Shown piece after piece: positions 38,453-48,005 of a stretch of 64,000 nt of DNA. Under the pieces are notes generated by a model. It searched no databases and was not told where the DNA came from. It saw nothing but the letters and a program-made list of their open reading frames with translations. How positions within the stretch are numbered: the first letter of the stretch is position 1; each line of letters opens with the position of its first letter. Source of the stretch: Bacteroidota bacterium (lineage in GTDB: Bacteria; Bacteroidota; Bacteroidia; 2-12-FULL-35-15); contig JAOQAE010000002.1 in NCBI GenBank assembly GCA_025963725.1, forward strand, positions 1,356,411 to 1,420,410. Reading direction: 5' to 3'. The translations under genes and the position numbers were made by a program.

Positions 38453-39481
38453 TTAATAATCAAACGAATTTTCCTTGCTGTTGAGCTGCTTCCAGATCTC
38501 ATCCTTCAGCTCCACAATTCCTTGTCCTGACTGGGCAGAAATATAATGCAGCGGAACCGTTTTCTTTTCCTTAAAGCGCTTGTTGAGGTCTTTCTTCATT
38601 TCAGTGAGCAGCTCCTCATCCAGCATATCGCATTTGGAGATCGCGAGGATCCTTTTTTTATGAAGGAGCTCCGGGTTGAACTGATCCAGCTCATTCAGCA
38701 GGATCTTGTATTCTTTTATAATGTCATCCGAATCGGCGGGAATCAGGAACAGCAATGTGGAATTGCGCTCGATGTGCCTTAAAAAGCGCAGCCCGATCCC
38801 TTTCCCTTCATGCGCTCCCTCAATGATCCCGGGAATATCGGCCATCACGAACGATTTATAATCGCGGTATTTTACAATTCCAAGATTAGGAACGAGTGTA
38901 GTAAACGGATAATTGGCGATCTCCGGCTTTGCTGCCGAGACCACGGATAACAACGTTGATTTACCGGCATTCGGGAAGCCAACCAGTCCTACATCAGCCA
39001 GCACTTTCAACTCAAGGATCTTCCACTCCATTCTTCCATCCTCTCCCGGCTGCGCATAACGCGGCGTTTGATTGGTGGATGATTTGAAATGGTCATTTCC
39101 CAAACCGCCTCTTCCGCCCGGAACAATAATGATCTCTTGTCCTTCTTCCGTTATTTCGGCTTCTATCTCGCCTGTTTCAGCATCCTTAACAATAGTGCCC
39201 AGCGGCACATCCAGGATCTCATCCTTTCCCTCCTTGCCGGTCATGCGCGCGCTTCCGCCGCTGCCGCCATCTTCAGCGATCACATGCTTCCTGTATTTCA
39301 GGTGGATCAGCGTCCAGAACTGCTTGTTCCCGCGGAGAATAATATGTCCGCCCCGGCCGCCATCGCCGCCATCCGGGCCGCCTTTGGAGGTAAGCTTGCT
39401 CCTGTGCAGGTGCACGGAGCCGCCGCCGCCTTTGCCTGAGCGGCAACAGATCTTCACATAATCAACAAAATTTGTATCCAT
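38453..39481 (-). CDS. obg: GTPase Obg
   Basis: Glycine-rich Obg fold ([13 protein letters not shown]...[12 protein letters not shown]) followed by a G domain ([25 protein letters not shown]). Confidence 0.95.
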   Translation of the reverse strand: MDTNFVDYVKICCRSGKGGGGSVHLHRSKLTSKGGPDGGDGGRGGHIILRGNKQFWTLIHLKYRKHVIAEDGGSGGSARMTGKEGKDEILDVPLGTIVKDAETGEIEAEITEEGQEIIIVPGGRGGLGNDHFKSSTNQTPRYAQPGEDGRMEWKILELKVLADVGLVGFPNAGKSTLLSVVSAAKPEIANYPFTTLVPNLGIVKYRDYKSFVMADIPGIIEGAHEGKGIGLRFLRHIERNSTLLFLIPADSDDIIKEYKILLNELDQFNPELLHKKRILAISKCDMLDEELLTEMKKDLNKRFKEKKTVPLHYISAQSGQGIVELKDEIWKQLNSKENSFDY

Positions 39482-39541
39482 ACCCTGCTACTAATTACGA
39501 ATCTATACTAATCCTACTAAATACTAATCTATACGAATTTA

Positions 39542-39621
39542 CCAATTACGAATTTGTTCGAATTTACAAATCTGTGCACTATCTATTCCCCTCTTGAGAG
39601 GGGCTAGGGGTGTGTTTTTTT
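39542..39621 (-). repeat. Composite intergenic repeat (promoter-proximal motif plus GC-rich hairpin motif)
   Basis: Minus-strand reading gives AAAAAAACACACCCCTAGCCCCTCT (39597-39621) with hairpin CCCCTC-tcaa-GAGGGG (39588-39603). CACAGATTTGTAAATTCGAACAAATTCGTAATTGG (39542-39576) follows. It is located 60-140 nt upstream of the obg start and downstream of the adk stop. Confidence 0.5.
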
Positions 39622-39626
39622 CTGCT

Positions 39627-40907
39627 TTATCTCCTCGCTTTCTTCGCAGCTTTTTTAATTACCTTTTTTGCAGAGGCTTTTTTCGCAGCAACCTTCTTCA
39701 CAACCTTTTTAGGAGCTGTTTTCTTTGAAGCTTTTTTAACAATCTTCTTAGGAGCCACTTTCTTCACTGCCTTTTTTACAGGCTTCCTGTTAGCTACCTT
39801 CTTCACTGTTTTCTTAACCACTTTCTTTGCTACTTTTTTAGCAACAGGCCTTTTTGCCGCCACTTTCTTAGCAACCTTCTTCGCTGCTTTTTTAACTGTC
39901 TTTTTTGCAAGCGGTTTTTTTGCAGCTACTTTTTTAGCCACATTCTTTTTCAGGGCAGTTTTCTTAGCCGCTACTTTCTTAACCGTTGGCTTTTTAGCTA
40001 TTGGCTTTTTAGCTGCAACTTTTTTAGCAGCGATCTTTTTTGCTGCTGCTTTTTTAACGGGCGCCACTTTCTTACCAGCGGGCTTCACTGCTTTTGCAGC
40101 TGTTTTTATTGTCTTTTGAGCGATCGCTTTTTTTGCGGCAGGCTTCACCTGGTTCCTGGCTGCAGGCTTAGTTTCCTTTTTAGCAGCGGGCTTCGAAGCT
40201 ACTTTTACTTTTTTCGGCGCAGCCTTTTTCACAGGAGCATCTTCATTTTTAGAGAACACCTTTCTCACCATGTCAACCACTTTCGCAACAACACCTTGTT
40301 CGGCAGCAGGCTGCGCCTTTGGTGTTTTTTCGCTTTGTGAAAAATTGATCGCATTGCAAAGCCCTTCAAAGATCTCATCGATAGTTCCGATGCCGTGCAC
40401 TGCGCGGTATTTATTCTGCGCCATGTAGTAATCCTTTAAAGGCGCAGTCTTAGAGTTGTATTCATCGATGCGCTTGCGGATCACTTCCTCATCGCGGTCA
40501 TCGGCACGGCCGCTGTTCTCGCCGCGGAGCAGCAAGCGTTTAGTAAGCTCCTCATTGCTTACTTCCAGCGCCAGCATCATGGAAATGCCGGTATTGTTCT
40601 CTTTCAGAAGGCTGTCGAGCGCTTCTGCCTGTGCAACGGTACGCGGAAAGCCGTCAAAAATAAAGCCTTTCGCATCTTTGTTCTGTGCAAGCTTTGAGCG
40701 GATCATGCCGATCACCACTTCATCCGGAACAAGAATCCCTTGGTCCATTAACTTTTTCGCTTCCATTCCAAGCTCTGTACCCTCAGCGATCTCGCCGCGT
40801 AAAAGATCACCTGTAGAAAGATGCACCAATTGGTATGCTGCAATTAATTTTTCGGATTGAGTTCCTTTTCCTGCACCCGGAGGGCCGAATAATACGATGT
40901 TTAACAT
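39627..40907 (-). CDS. adk: Adenylate kinase fused to a ~235-aa Lys/Ala/Pro-rich histone-H1-like C-terminal tail
   Basis: N-terminal 190 aa is a canonical short-LID adenylate kinase ([17 protein letters not shown]...[10 protein letters not shown]...[17 protein letters not shown]). The reading frame continues without a stop into [24 protein letters not shown]...KKVAAKK repeats. The repeat DNA spans about 39630-40340. Confidence 0.85.
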   Translation of the reverse strand: MLNIVLFGPPGAGKGTQSEKLIAAYQLVHLSTGDLLRGEIAEGTELGMEAKKLMDQGILVPDEVVIGMIRSKLAQNKDAKGFIFDGFPRTVAQAEALDSLLKENNTGISMMLALEVSNEELTKRLLLRGENSGRADDRDEEVIRKRIDEYNSKTAPLKDYYMAQNKYRAVHGIGTIDEIFEGLCNAINFSQSEKTPKAQPAAEQGVVAKVVDMVRKVFSKNEDAPVKKAAPKKVKVASKPAAKKETKPAARNQVKPAAKKAIAQKTIKTAAKAVKPAGKKVAPVKKAAAKKIAAKKVAAKKPIAKKPTVKKVAAKKTALKKNVAKKVAAKKPLAKKTVKKAAKKVAKKVAAKRPVAKKVAKKVVKKTVKKVANRKPVKKAVKKVAPKKIVKKASKKTAPKKVVKKVAAKKASAKKVIKKAAKKARR

Positions 40908-40937
40908 AGGATTGAGTTATTGGTTTGGGGTTAAGTT

Positions 40938-41474
40938 TTAATTATCTAAGACATAAATATCAGGCAGGTTCCTTCCTAATCCGTCGTAATCCAGCCCATA
41001 CCCTACAAGGAAATCATTTGGTACCACAATGGCCACATAATCGAGCTCGATGCGCTTGCGGTATGCTTCAGGCTTGTACAATAATGTAGCGATCTTTATT
41101 TCCGCAGGCTCCATCGCTTCCAGCTGCTTCACCACCGCTTCAATGGTAAGCCCGGTATCCACAATGTCCTCAACGATCACCACCGTGCGGCCTTTAATAT
41201 TTTCATTCAGCCCGATCAGCTGCTTTACCGATCCGCTGGTTTCGGTGCCGTGATAGGATGATACTTTAACGAAGGAGATCTCACAATCGATGGTGAGCTT
41301 TTTCATGAGGTCGGAAGCGAACATGAACGAGCCGTTGAGCACAGCAAGGAACAAAGGCTTTTTATCTTTCAGCTCGGTGTTGATCCTGTGGGCCACTTCA
41401 CCAACAGCCTTGTTTATATCCCCGGCAGGGATATTCACCCTGAATGTTTTATCTTTTAATGTTACTTTGCCCAT
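40938..41474 (-). CDS. hpt: Hypoxanthine phosphoribosyltransferase
   Basis: PRPP-binding motif VVIVEDIVDTGLT and overall HPRT similarity. The start is at MGKVTLKDK (41474). The longer ORF reaching 41759 has a non-homologous N-terminal extension. Confidence 0.85.
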   Translation of the reverse strand: MGKVTLKDKTFRVNIPAGDINKAVGEVAHRINTELKDKKPLFLAVLNGSFMFASDLMKKLTIDCEISFVKVSSYHGTETSGSVKQLIGLNENIKGRTVVIVEDIVDTGLTIEAVVKQLEAMEPAEIKIATLLYKPEAYRKRIELDYVAIVVPNDFLVGYGLDYDGLGRNLPDIYVLDN

Positions 41475-41597
41475 ACACCGTATTTGAACTGCGAATTTAC
41501 GTAAAATATACCGACAAAAAACGGGTGGTTTTATTTTATTGTTAAGTTCAAAAAAGGTATTTTTACGGCCTAACCATAGCAAACCAAGCGTATAATT

Positions 41598-42110
41598 ATG
41601 ACACCAAAAGTAAGCATTATTATGGGCAGCACTTCTGACATGCCCATCATGCAGGAAGCTGCAAAAATCCTTAATGAATTCAAGATCCCCTTTGAGATCA
41701 ATGCACTGAGCGCACACAGGGTGCCTGAACAGGTAGCCGAGTTTGCCAAGAACGCACATTCAAAAGGGATCCGTGTGATCATTGCCGGCGCCGGCGGAGC
41801 TGCCCACCTTCCGGGCGTTGTGGCTGCGTTTACCCCGCTGCCTGTGATCGGCGTTCCCTGCCGCTCTTCCATCTCTATCGATGGCTGGGATTCGGTGCTT
41901 TCCATCCTGCAGATGCCTCCGGGAATTCCTGTTGCTACAGTAGCGCTGGATGGCGGACAGAATGCCGGGATCCTTGCCGTACAGGTGCTTGCAGCAGGCG
42001 ATGATGCATTGCTGCAAAAAGTGGTCGAGTTCAAGGAAAACCTGAAGAACAAGATCCTGAAGGCAAATAAAGAGCTGTCGGAGATCAAGTTTGATTACAA
42101 GACGAATTAA
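41598..42110 (+). CDS. purE: 5-(carboxyamino)imidazole ribonucleotide mutase
   Basis: VSIIMGSTSDMPIM...SAHRVPE...VIIAGAGGAAHLPGVVAA is the classic PurE signature. Confidence 0.9.
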   Translation: MTPKVSIIMGSTSDMPIMQEAAKILNEFKIPFEINALSAHRVPEQVAEFAKNAHSKGIRVIIAGAGGAAHLPGVVAAFTPLPVIGVPCRSSISIDGWDSVLSILQMPPGIPVATVALDGGQNAGILAVQVLAAGDDALLQKVVEFKENLKNKILKANKELSEIKFDYKTN

Positions 42111-42121
42111 ACCTCACCCAG

Positions 42122-42140
42122 CCCTCTCCAAAGGAGAGGG
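42122..42140 (+). terminator. GC-rich hairpin downstream of purE (terminator-like, no clear U-tract)
   Basis: CCCTCTCC-aaa-GGAGAGGG, an 8-bp stem with a 3-nt loop, starts 12 nt after the purE stop. It belongs to the CCCTCT...AGAGGG motif family also seen at 36703-36727 and 39588-39621. Confidence 0.4.
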
Positions 42141-42181
42141 AGTTGGCATCCTGTTAATTAAAAAATGACCACGTAGAGGAA

Positions 42182-43513
42182 ATGGCACTGGAAAATGTAA
42201 GAAAGGCGGAGCTTCTGAAAGAGGAGCTGGACGGCCTGCGGCCCTTAAACGGCGAGCAGGAAGCCCGGATCATGCAGAAGTTCCGCCTCGACTGGAACTA
42301 CCACTCCAACCACCTGGAGGGGAACAGCCTTACATTCGGTGAGACAAAAGCGCTTATCCTGCACGGTATTACCGCGCAGGGTAAGCCTTTAAAAGACCAT
42401 TTCGAGATCACCGGCCATGATGAAGCCATCAAATGGATCGATGAGGTTATTAAGGATGAACGGCCGCTTACTGAGAATTTCATCCGGGAATTGCATACGC
42501 TCTTACTAAAGGAATCTTCCGAAAAAAAAGCCATCACTCCCGATGGAAAAGCCACTACAAGAGTTATTGCGGTTGGGAAATACAAAACAAGCCCCAACCA
42601 TGTGCTGACCAGCACGGGCGAAACATTTTATTTCGCCACACCGGAGGAAACACCGGCAAAAATGCATGATCTGCTGGAATGGTACCACAGGCAGAAAGAG
42701 AATAAAAATGTTAATCCGATCCTGTTAGCTGCAGAGTTCCATTATGAATTTATCCGCATCCATCCCTTTGATGATGGAAACGGAAGAACCGCCAGGATAT
42801 TAATGAATTTCATACTGATGCAGTTCCATTATCCTCCTGTGATCATTAAAACAGAGGATAAGGAAAATTACTTTATCGCCTTGCGGCAGGCCGATGCCGG
42901 AATGATAGAGCCTTTTATTGACTATATCGCAAACAACTTGATTCGATCATTGGAAATTATGATCAAAGGTGCAAAGGGTGGAAATATTGATGAGGAGGAT
43001 GATATTGATAAAGAGCTTCTTTTATTAGATCAGAAAATAAACTACATAAGTAAAAAAGCGCAACCATTAAAAAATCAGGATTCTATTAAACAAATCTATG
43101 AGAATTCGATTCTTCCATTAGCTAAACAATTGTCAGCTTCCGGTAAAAGGTTTGAACGATTTTACTCAAATTACATTTCGGCTCTTCAAATTAATGACGA
43201 CACGAGTGTTTACGACATAAACTCCGCGTTTAAATCAATTATCAAAAGCAACACAGATCAAATATATTTGATCCATAATTATAAGCAGTTTAATTGTCCG
43301 GGCATTGAAAAATTTGACTTTGATATAGTCATCACATTTGAATTCGCACCCAAAAAATTTACTGTTAAGACCACTTCCCAAAAGCTGGTTTATTCGAAAT
43401 ACTATAATGAATTTTTAAGTCTAAATGAAATCAAAGAAATTGCAGATTACTATACAAAACTCCATTTATCTGTACTTAAAATCGTAGTCGATAGCGCAGA
43501 AACAGAAGAATAA
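42182..43513 (+). CDS. Fic family protein (class II, N-terminal inhibitory helix) with an AT-rich C-terminal extension
   Basis: Fic active-site motif HPFDDGNGRTAR. Inhibitory motif SNHLEG ([S/T]xxxE[G/N]) sits in the N-terminal helix. The last 190 aa or so (nt ~42950-43513) are markedly AT-rich with no recognisable domain. Confidence 0.85.
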   Translation: MALENVRKAELLKEELDGLRPLNGEQEARIMQKFRLDWNYHSNHLEGNSLTFGETKALILHGITAQGKPLKDHFEITGHDEAIKWIDEVIKDERPLTENFIRELHTLLLKESSEKKAITPDGKATTRVIAVGKYKTSPNHVLTSTGETFYFATPEETPAKMHDLLEWYHRQKENKNVNPILLAAEFHYEFIRIHPFDDGNGRTARILMNFILMQFHYPPVIIKTEDKENYFIALRQADAGMIEPFIDYIANNLIRSLEIMIKGAKGGNIDEEDDIDKELLLLDQKINYISKKAQPLKNQDSIKQIYENSILPLAKQLSASGKRFERFYSNYISALQINDDTSVYDINSAFKSIIKSNTDQIYLIHNYKQFNCPGIEKFDFDIVITFEFAPKKFTVKTTSQKLVYSKYYNEFLSLNEIKEIADYYTKLHLSVLKIVVDSAETEE

Positions 43514-43560
43514 TTATTTATTAAGCAATATTTATTGCATCATTGTTTAAGCACCAGCAA

Positions 43561-44415
43561 ATGAAAAAATTATACGCGTCTCTTTTTGCTTCCATGCTGC
43601 TCCTTACTGCATTTGCCGGTAACGAAGATTACCCCATCGGCGCCCGCTCAGCTGCATTGGGAAATGCTTCCGTATCGCTGAGCGATCTGTGGAGCGCGCA
43701 TCATAACCAGGCGGGGCTCGGCTTTGTGCGTGACATTTCCGCAGGCGTATCCTATGAGAACCGCTTTTTATTAAAAGAGATCAGCGTGAGAGGCGGCGCC
43801 GTTGCATTGCCGATCAAGGCAGGCACCTTCGGGCTCTGCATCACCAATTTCGGATATTCACAATACAGCGAGAACAAATACAGCCTTTCCTTCGCAAAAG
43901 CTTTCAGCAATAAGTTCTCCGCAGGCATCGCGATGGATTACCTGAACACGAAGATCGCGGAAGGCTACGGCAGCAGAGGCGCGCTGGCAGCGGAAGCAGG
44001 CATCATTGCAAAGCCCATTAAAGGTTTAACGATCGGTGCACATGTGTTCAACCCTACGCGCGCAAAAATTTCCGCTTACGACGATGAACGCTTGCCTACC
44101 ATCATCCGCCTCGGCGGCGATTATTTATTTTCTGATAAGGTGCGGCTCGCAGTTGAAGCACAAAAAGATATTAAATACAAAGCCGAGTTCAAGGCGGGGC
44201 TTGAATACCTTCCCGTGAAAGAGCTGTACCTGCGCATCGGTATTTCCACGAACCCAACATTAAGCACATTCGGCTTCGGCCTCAACCTCAATAATTTCAA
44301 GATCGACCTTTCCGCAAGCTATCATCAAACGCTGGGGATCAGTCCGCAGCTCGGACTGAGCTATTCTTTCAAAAAAGCAAAAAAAGAGCTCCACGAATCC
44401 GAAGACGTTTTTTGA
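43561..44415 (+). CDS. Outer-membrane beta-barrel-like protein, hypothetical
   Basis: Signal peptide MKKLYASLFASMLLLTAFAG. Alternating amphipathic beta strands; C-terminal residue F. Its stop overlaps the TTG start of the downstream helix-hairpin-helix (HhH) protein. Confidence 0.5.
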   Translation: MKKLYASLFASMLLLTAFAGNEDYPIGARSAALGNASVSLSDLWSAHHNQAGLGFVRDISAGVSYENRFLLKEISVRGGAVALPIKAGTFGLCITNFGYSQYSENKYSLSFAKAFSNKFSAGIAMDYLNTKIAEGYGSRGALAAEAGIIAKPIKGLTIGAHVFNPTRAKISAYDDERLPTIIRLGGDYLFSDKVRLAVEAQKDIKYKAEFKAGLEYLPVKELYLRIGISTNPTLSTFGFGLNLNNFKIDLSASYHQTLGISPQLGLSYSFKKAKKELHESEDVF

Positions 44416-46565
44416 GAACATTTTTTTCATACCTCTCTTTCTGCGCAGCCCTTCTCCTGCTGCTGACGGGCTCCCCCCTGCGGGCCCAGGATACGATCGC
44501 GCCCAAAACCGATGAAAGCGATATCCAGCAGCAGCTGGAAACCATTACAGAGAACAGCCAGAACGAAGATGCCGATTATACCACCCTGCTCGATGCGCTG
44601 AACCAATATAAAGAACACCCGATCAATCTTAATAATACCAGCAGGGAAGAATTACGTCAGCTGCAGCTGCTGACCGACATCCAGATCAACAACCTGTTCA
44701 ACCATATTAAAAAGAACGGAAAGCTGATCACCATCTATGAGCTTCAGGGGATCAGCGGCTTCGACCTGCAGACGATCCAGAAGATCCTGCCGTATGTACG
44801 CGTTTCCGACAAATTCAATTCCTCGCATTTTGGGATGAAGGAGATGTTCAAGAATGGCTCTCATGCAGTGCTGCTACGCTACGGAAGGAACATTGAAGAC
44901 CAGGCAGGATTTTCCGAGATCGATAGCGCAAAACTATACAGTAGCCAGAACTCGCGGTATATCGGCAGTCCCGATAAGCTGTATGCACGCTACCGCTTTA
45001 CCTATAGCAATAAGGTGAGCTGGGGCGTAACCGCGGAAAAGGACCAGGGTGAATTATTCTTCAAGAACAAACAGCGCTTTAATTACGACTGGTACGAACA
45101 GGGCTTAAAAGGAAAGCAGAAAAGCGGATTTGATTTTTATTCCGCGCACTTTTACCTGCACAACACCCGCTTCATTAAATCGCTGGCGCTGGGCGATTAC
45201 CAGGCTACGTTCGGACAAGGGCTCACCATGTGGAGCGGCTATTCCTTCGGCAAAAGCTCGGACATCATGGGCACAAAAAAATCGGCCATGGGAATTAAGC
45301 CATACGCCTCGGTGGATGAAAATAAATTTTTGCGGGGCGCTGCTACCACCATCGGGTTCAAAAAAATGGAGGCTACCGCTTTTTATTCGCAGAAGCACAT
45401 CGATGCAAATATCACGGATACATTGCCGGATGGCGAAGCGGCTGCGATCTCCTCCCTGCAGGAAACGGGCTACCATACCACACTGAGCGAGATCGCCGAC
45501 AAGCATGCGATCCTGCAGACGATCTACGGCGGAAATGTAGCGTACAAGGGAAGCCAGTTCAGTGTCGGCATCACGGGGATGCATTATGAGCTGAATGCCG
45601 ACCTGAGGCGAAGTCTCGACATTTACAGCCAGTTTGAATATACCTCAAGGCAAAATACCAACATCGGCATTGATTATAATTTCATTCTCCGCAATTTTAA
45701 TTTCTTCGGCGAGGAGGCCATGAGCGCAAACGGCGGAAGGGCGTTCCTGAACGGCGTTCTCGTGAGCCTCGATCCGCGCCTGTCGCTCACGGTATTGCAC
45801 CGCTACTACCAGCGCAACTTCCAGAACCTCCTCAGCAATGGCTTTGCAGAGAACACCGCTGCGGCTAATGAAAAAGGATTGTACGCCGGCATTGTTGCAA
45901 AGCCAAGCCCGAAGTTCACGCTTACCGCGTATTACGACCGCTTTGAATTCCCATGGCTGAAATACCAGGTAAATGCGCCTTCACAGGGAACCGATTACAT
46001 GGCGCAGCTGAATTATACGCCTTCGAAAAGGTTTGATGCGTATGTGAAGATTCGCAGCCGCAGCAAGTACAAGAACACCAGCGCAACGATCGACGATATT
46101 GATTTTATTGTTCCCTATGCGCAAACGAATTACCGGATCAATACTTCCTTCACGGTCCTTCCTTCTGTGAAGCTGAAGAACAGGATCGAGATGGTAGACT
46201 ACCAGGTGGATAATGGCAAAACACAAAAGGGCTTCCTCATTTACCAGGACATCACCTACAGTAAGCTCGGAAGTAAATTCTCTGCGAGCATGCGCTATGC
46301 GCTGTTCCAGACCGATTCTTACGATGCCCGCCTGTATGCTTATGAAAATGACATGCCGGGCGCCTACTCTATTCCTGCTTACTATGACCGCGGCTCGCGC
46401 TTTTACCTGCTGCTCGATTACAATGTGACAAGAAGGATCGAAGTGTGGCTGCGTTACGCGCAAACTGTTTACGATAATAAAAAGGTGATCTCCGAAGGAT
46501 CGCTCACGGAGATCAAAGGCAATACAAAGTCGGAGATCAAGGCCCAGGTGCGTTTTAAATTCTGA
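44412..46565 (+). CDS. Secreted helix-hairpin-helix (ComEA-like) domain protein with a large beta-rich C-terminal domain
   Basis: Probable TTG start with signal peptide RTFFSYLSFCAALLLLLTGSPLRAQ. Tandem HhH units read INLNNTSREELRQL...ITIYELQGISGFDLQTIQKILPYV. The C-terminus ends ...VRFKF, which is beta-barrel-like. Confidence 0.6.
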   Translation: MRTFFSYLSFCAALLLLLTGSPLRAQDTIAPKTDESDIQQQLETITENSQNEDADYTTLLDALNQYKEHPINLNNTSREELRQLQLLTDIQINNLFNHIKKNGKLITIYELQGISGFDLQTIQKILPYVRVSDKFNSSHFGMKEMFKNGSHAVLLRYGRNIEDQAGFSEIDSAKLYSSQNSRYIGSPDKLYARYRFTYSNKVSWGVTAEKDQGELFFKNKQRFNYDWYEQGLKGKQKSGFDFYSAHFYLHNTRFIKSLALGDYQATFGQGLTMWSGYSFGKSSDIMGTKKSAMGIKPYASVDENKFLRGAATTIGFKKMEATAFYSQKHIDANITDTLPDGEAAAISSLQETGYHTTLSEIADKHAILQTIYGGNVAYKGSQFSVGITGMHYELNADLRRSLDIYSQFEYTSRQNTNIGIDYNFILRNFNFFGEEAMSANGGRAFLNGVLVSLDPRLSLTVLHRYYQRNFQNLLSNGFAENTAAANEKGLYAGIVAKPSPKFTLTAYYDRFEFPWLKYQVNAPSQGTDYMAQLNYTPSKRFDAYVKIRSRSKYKNTSATIDDIDFIVPYAQTNYRINTSFTVLPSVKLKNRIEMVDYQVDNGKTQKGFLIYQDITYSKLGSKFSASMRYALFQTDSYDARLYAYENDMPGAYSIPAYYDRGSRFYLLLDYNVTRRIEVWLRYAQTVYDNKKVISEGSLTEIKGNTKSEIKAQVRFKF

Positions 46566-46579
46566 TAATTATTTTAACT

Positions 46580-47959
46580 ATGAGTCCGAAGCTCAAAAAA
46601 ATTCGTCTTGCGTTAAAATGGACCGGCTTTTACATCCCGTTCACATTTTACTGTGCGCTGTTCTGCATCGCCTGCGGCATCGGCTATGCATGGCTGCACA
46701 GCAAGGCCGGCATCCCGGATTCGGCGTACAAAGACATCTTCACGCTCCTGCTTCGCTTCTCTGCCGGCTTTTGCCTCATCTTTCTTTCCACGGGATTTAT
46801 CACGGTGGCACTTCCCTTCGTTTATTTCCTGATCAGGCGGAAAAGCAACGAGGTGGATTTCAGCATCTCCACTCCTTCCCGCACCGATAATGAACAGGCG
46901 CGGCAGGCGATCGACATTCACCTGCATCCTGTTTTAAAGCCGCTGCTCGGATTTGTGAAGATCCGCCTGAAATATGGCGATGCACAATTTTCCGATAAGT
47001 TTTCGCTGGTGAAGCGCTCCGATAAAAAATTATTTTCCACCAGCCTCGACGGCACCTATTACTGGGAGCTTCCCGAGATCAAAGAATACCGCATCGACAA
47101 AGCGATCATTTATTTCGAAGATTTTTTCCAGTTCTTCTCCTTTGCAATGCCGCTGGAAACAAGCAGCGGATTTCATACTTACCCGCTGTCGCGGCCTTCG
47201 AAAGCCCTCAATGCCTTTCCGCGGAAAACGGAGGAAACCAGCATGCGCATCGAGGAAATAAAGCGCGTGGAAGGCGAGCTGATCAATTACAAGAACTTTG
47301 AAAGCAATGATGACGTGCGCAGGATCGTCTGGAAAATATATGCAAAGAACAAGGAGCTGGTGGTGCGCATTCCCGAGGTCATGGATCCCTACGCATCGCA
47401 CATGTACCTCTATCCATCCTTCTTTTCTTCCTTTGATGTGAAAGACAATGAAGTGATCGGCATACCTTTTCTCAACTATTATAAAACGGTGTGCTGGTCG
47501 GTTTACCGGCAGCTTGTTTCCAAAGGATTTGATGTGCGTTACGTTGCCGACCAGGACATCCCGCAAAATAAGCTTGAGAATGATGCCGAGCAGGTGCGCT
47601 ATGCGATCAGCGTAAGCAAATGGCATTCGGAAAAAGAGCTGCGCGATTTTGTAAAGCTGAAGGATGCATCAGTGGTGATCATCTCTTCGCTGAGCGATCC
47701 CGAGCAGGTGAAACAATTGCTGGAAGCGAGCGGGAATGAAATTTCATTTGTGTTTATTCCGCTTACGGAAGGGCTCAATAAGCAGCACCTTGGCGACTGG
47801 CTGCAATGGCTGTTCCTGCAGCGTGAAAAAGATTCGATGGCGGTGCATAAAACAAACTGGAGCCTTTCGCTGCTGCGCTTAAAGCTGTCGAAAAATGAAA
47901 AGGCATTGAAGCAATTGCTGGATGCCTATGAGCGTTCATCGGTATTGGAAAAGAAATGA
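46580..47959 (+). CDS. DUF58 domain membrane protein (MoxR-associated)
   Basis: Two N-terminal TM helices. DDVRRIVWKIYAKNKELVVRIPE matches the DUF58 core (D.R.IdWka.Ar...l.vre). It is in an operon with transglutaminase-like and MoxR genes. Confidence 0.6.
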   Translation: MSPKLKKIRLALKWTGFYIPFTFYCALFCIACGIGYAWLHSKAGIPDSAYKDIFTLLLRFSAGFCLIFLSTGFITVALPFVYFLIRRKSNEVDFSISTPSRTDNEQARQAIDIHLHPVLKPLLGFVKIRLKYGDAQFSDKFSLVKRSDKKLFSTSLDGTYYWELPEIKEYRIDKAIIYFEDFFQFFSFAMPLETSSGFHTYPLSRPSKALNAFPRKTEETSMRIEEIKRVEGELINYKNFESNDDVRRIVWKIYAKNKELVVRIPEVMDPYASHMYLYPSFFSSFDVKDNEVIGIPFLNYYKTVCWSVYRQLVSKGFDVRYVADQDIPQNKLENDAEQVRYAISVSKWHSEKELRDFVKLKDASVVIISSLSDPEQVKQLLEASGNEISFVFIPLTEGLNKQHLGDWLQWLFLQREKDSMAVHKTNWSLSLLRLKLSKNEKALKQLLDAYERSSVLEKK

Positions 47960-48005
47960 TTCAGTGGTTCACCACAGATTACACGGATAGCACAGATAAA
48001 GCAAC

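Noticed and set aside
39610-40119. 169-aa plus-strand ORF rich in F/L/A ([16 protein letters not shown]...)
   Set aside because: It is antisense to the Lys/Ala-rich tail of adk. AAA/AAG and GCN codons read backwards give TTT/CTT and NGC, so this is a mirror artifact of the coding tandem repeat and not a membrane protein gene.
39630-40340. Tandem-repeat DNA that could be mistaken for a CRISPR or VNTR array
   Set aside because: The repeats are imperfect, 9-30 nt, have no spacer structure, and lie inside an uninterrupted ORF continuous with adk. It is a coding low-complexity repeat.
41050-41759. Longer 273-aa version of the hpt ORF starting at 41759
   Set aside because: The upstream 95 codons (MCVLGKLGYLFRHPVCAQ...) are Cys/aromatic-rich with no HPRT homology, and overlap the purE promoter region. 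The conserved HPRT N-terminus begins at MGKVTLKDK (41474).
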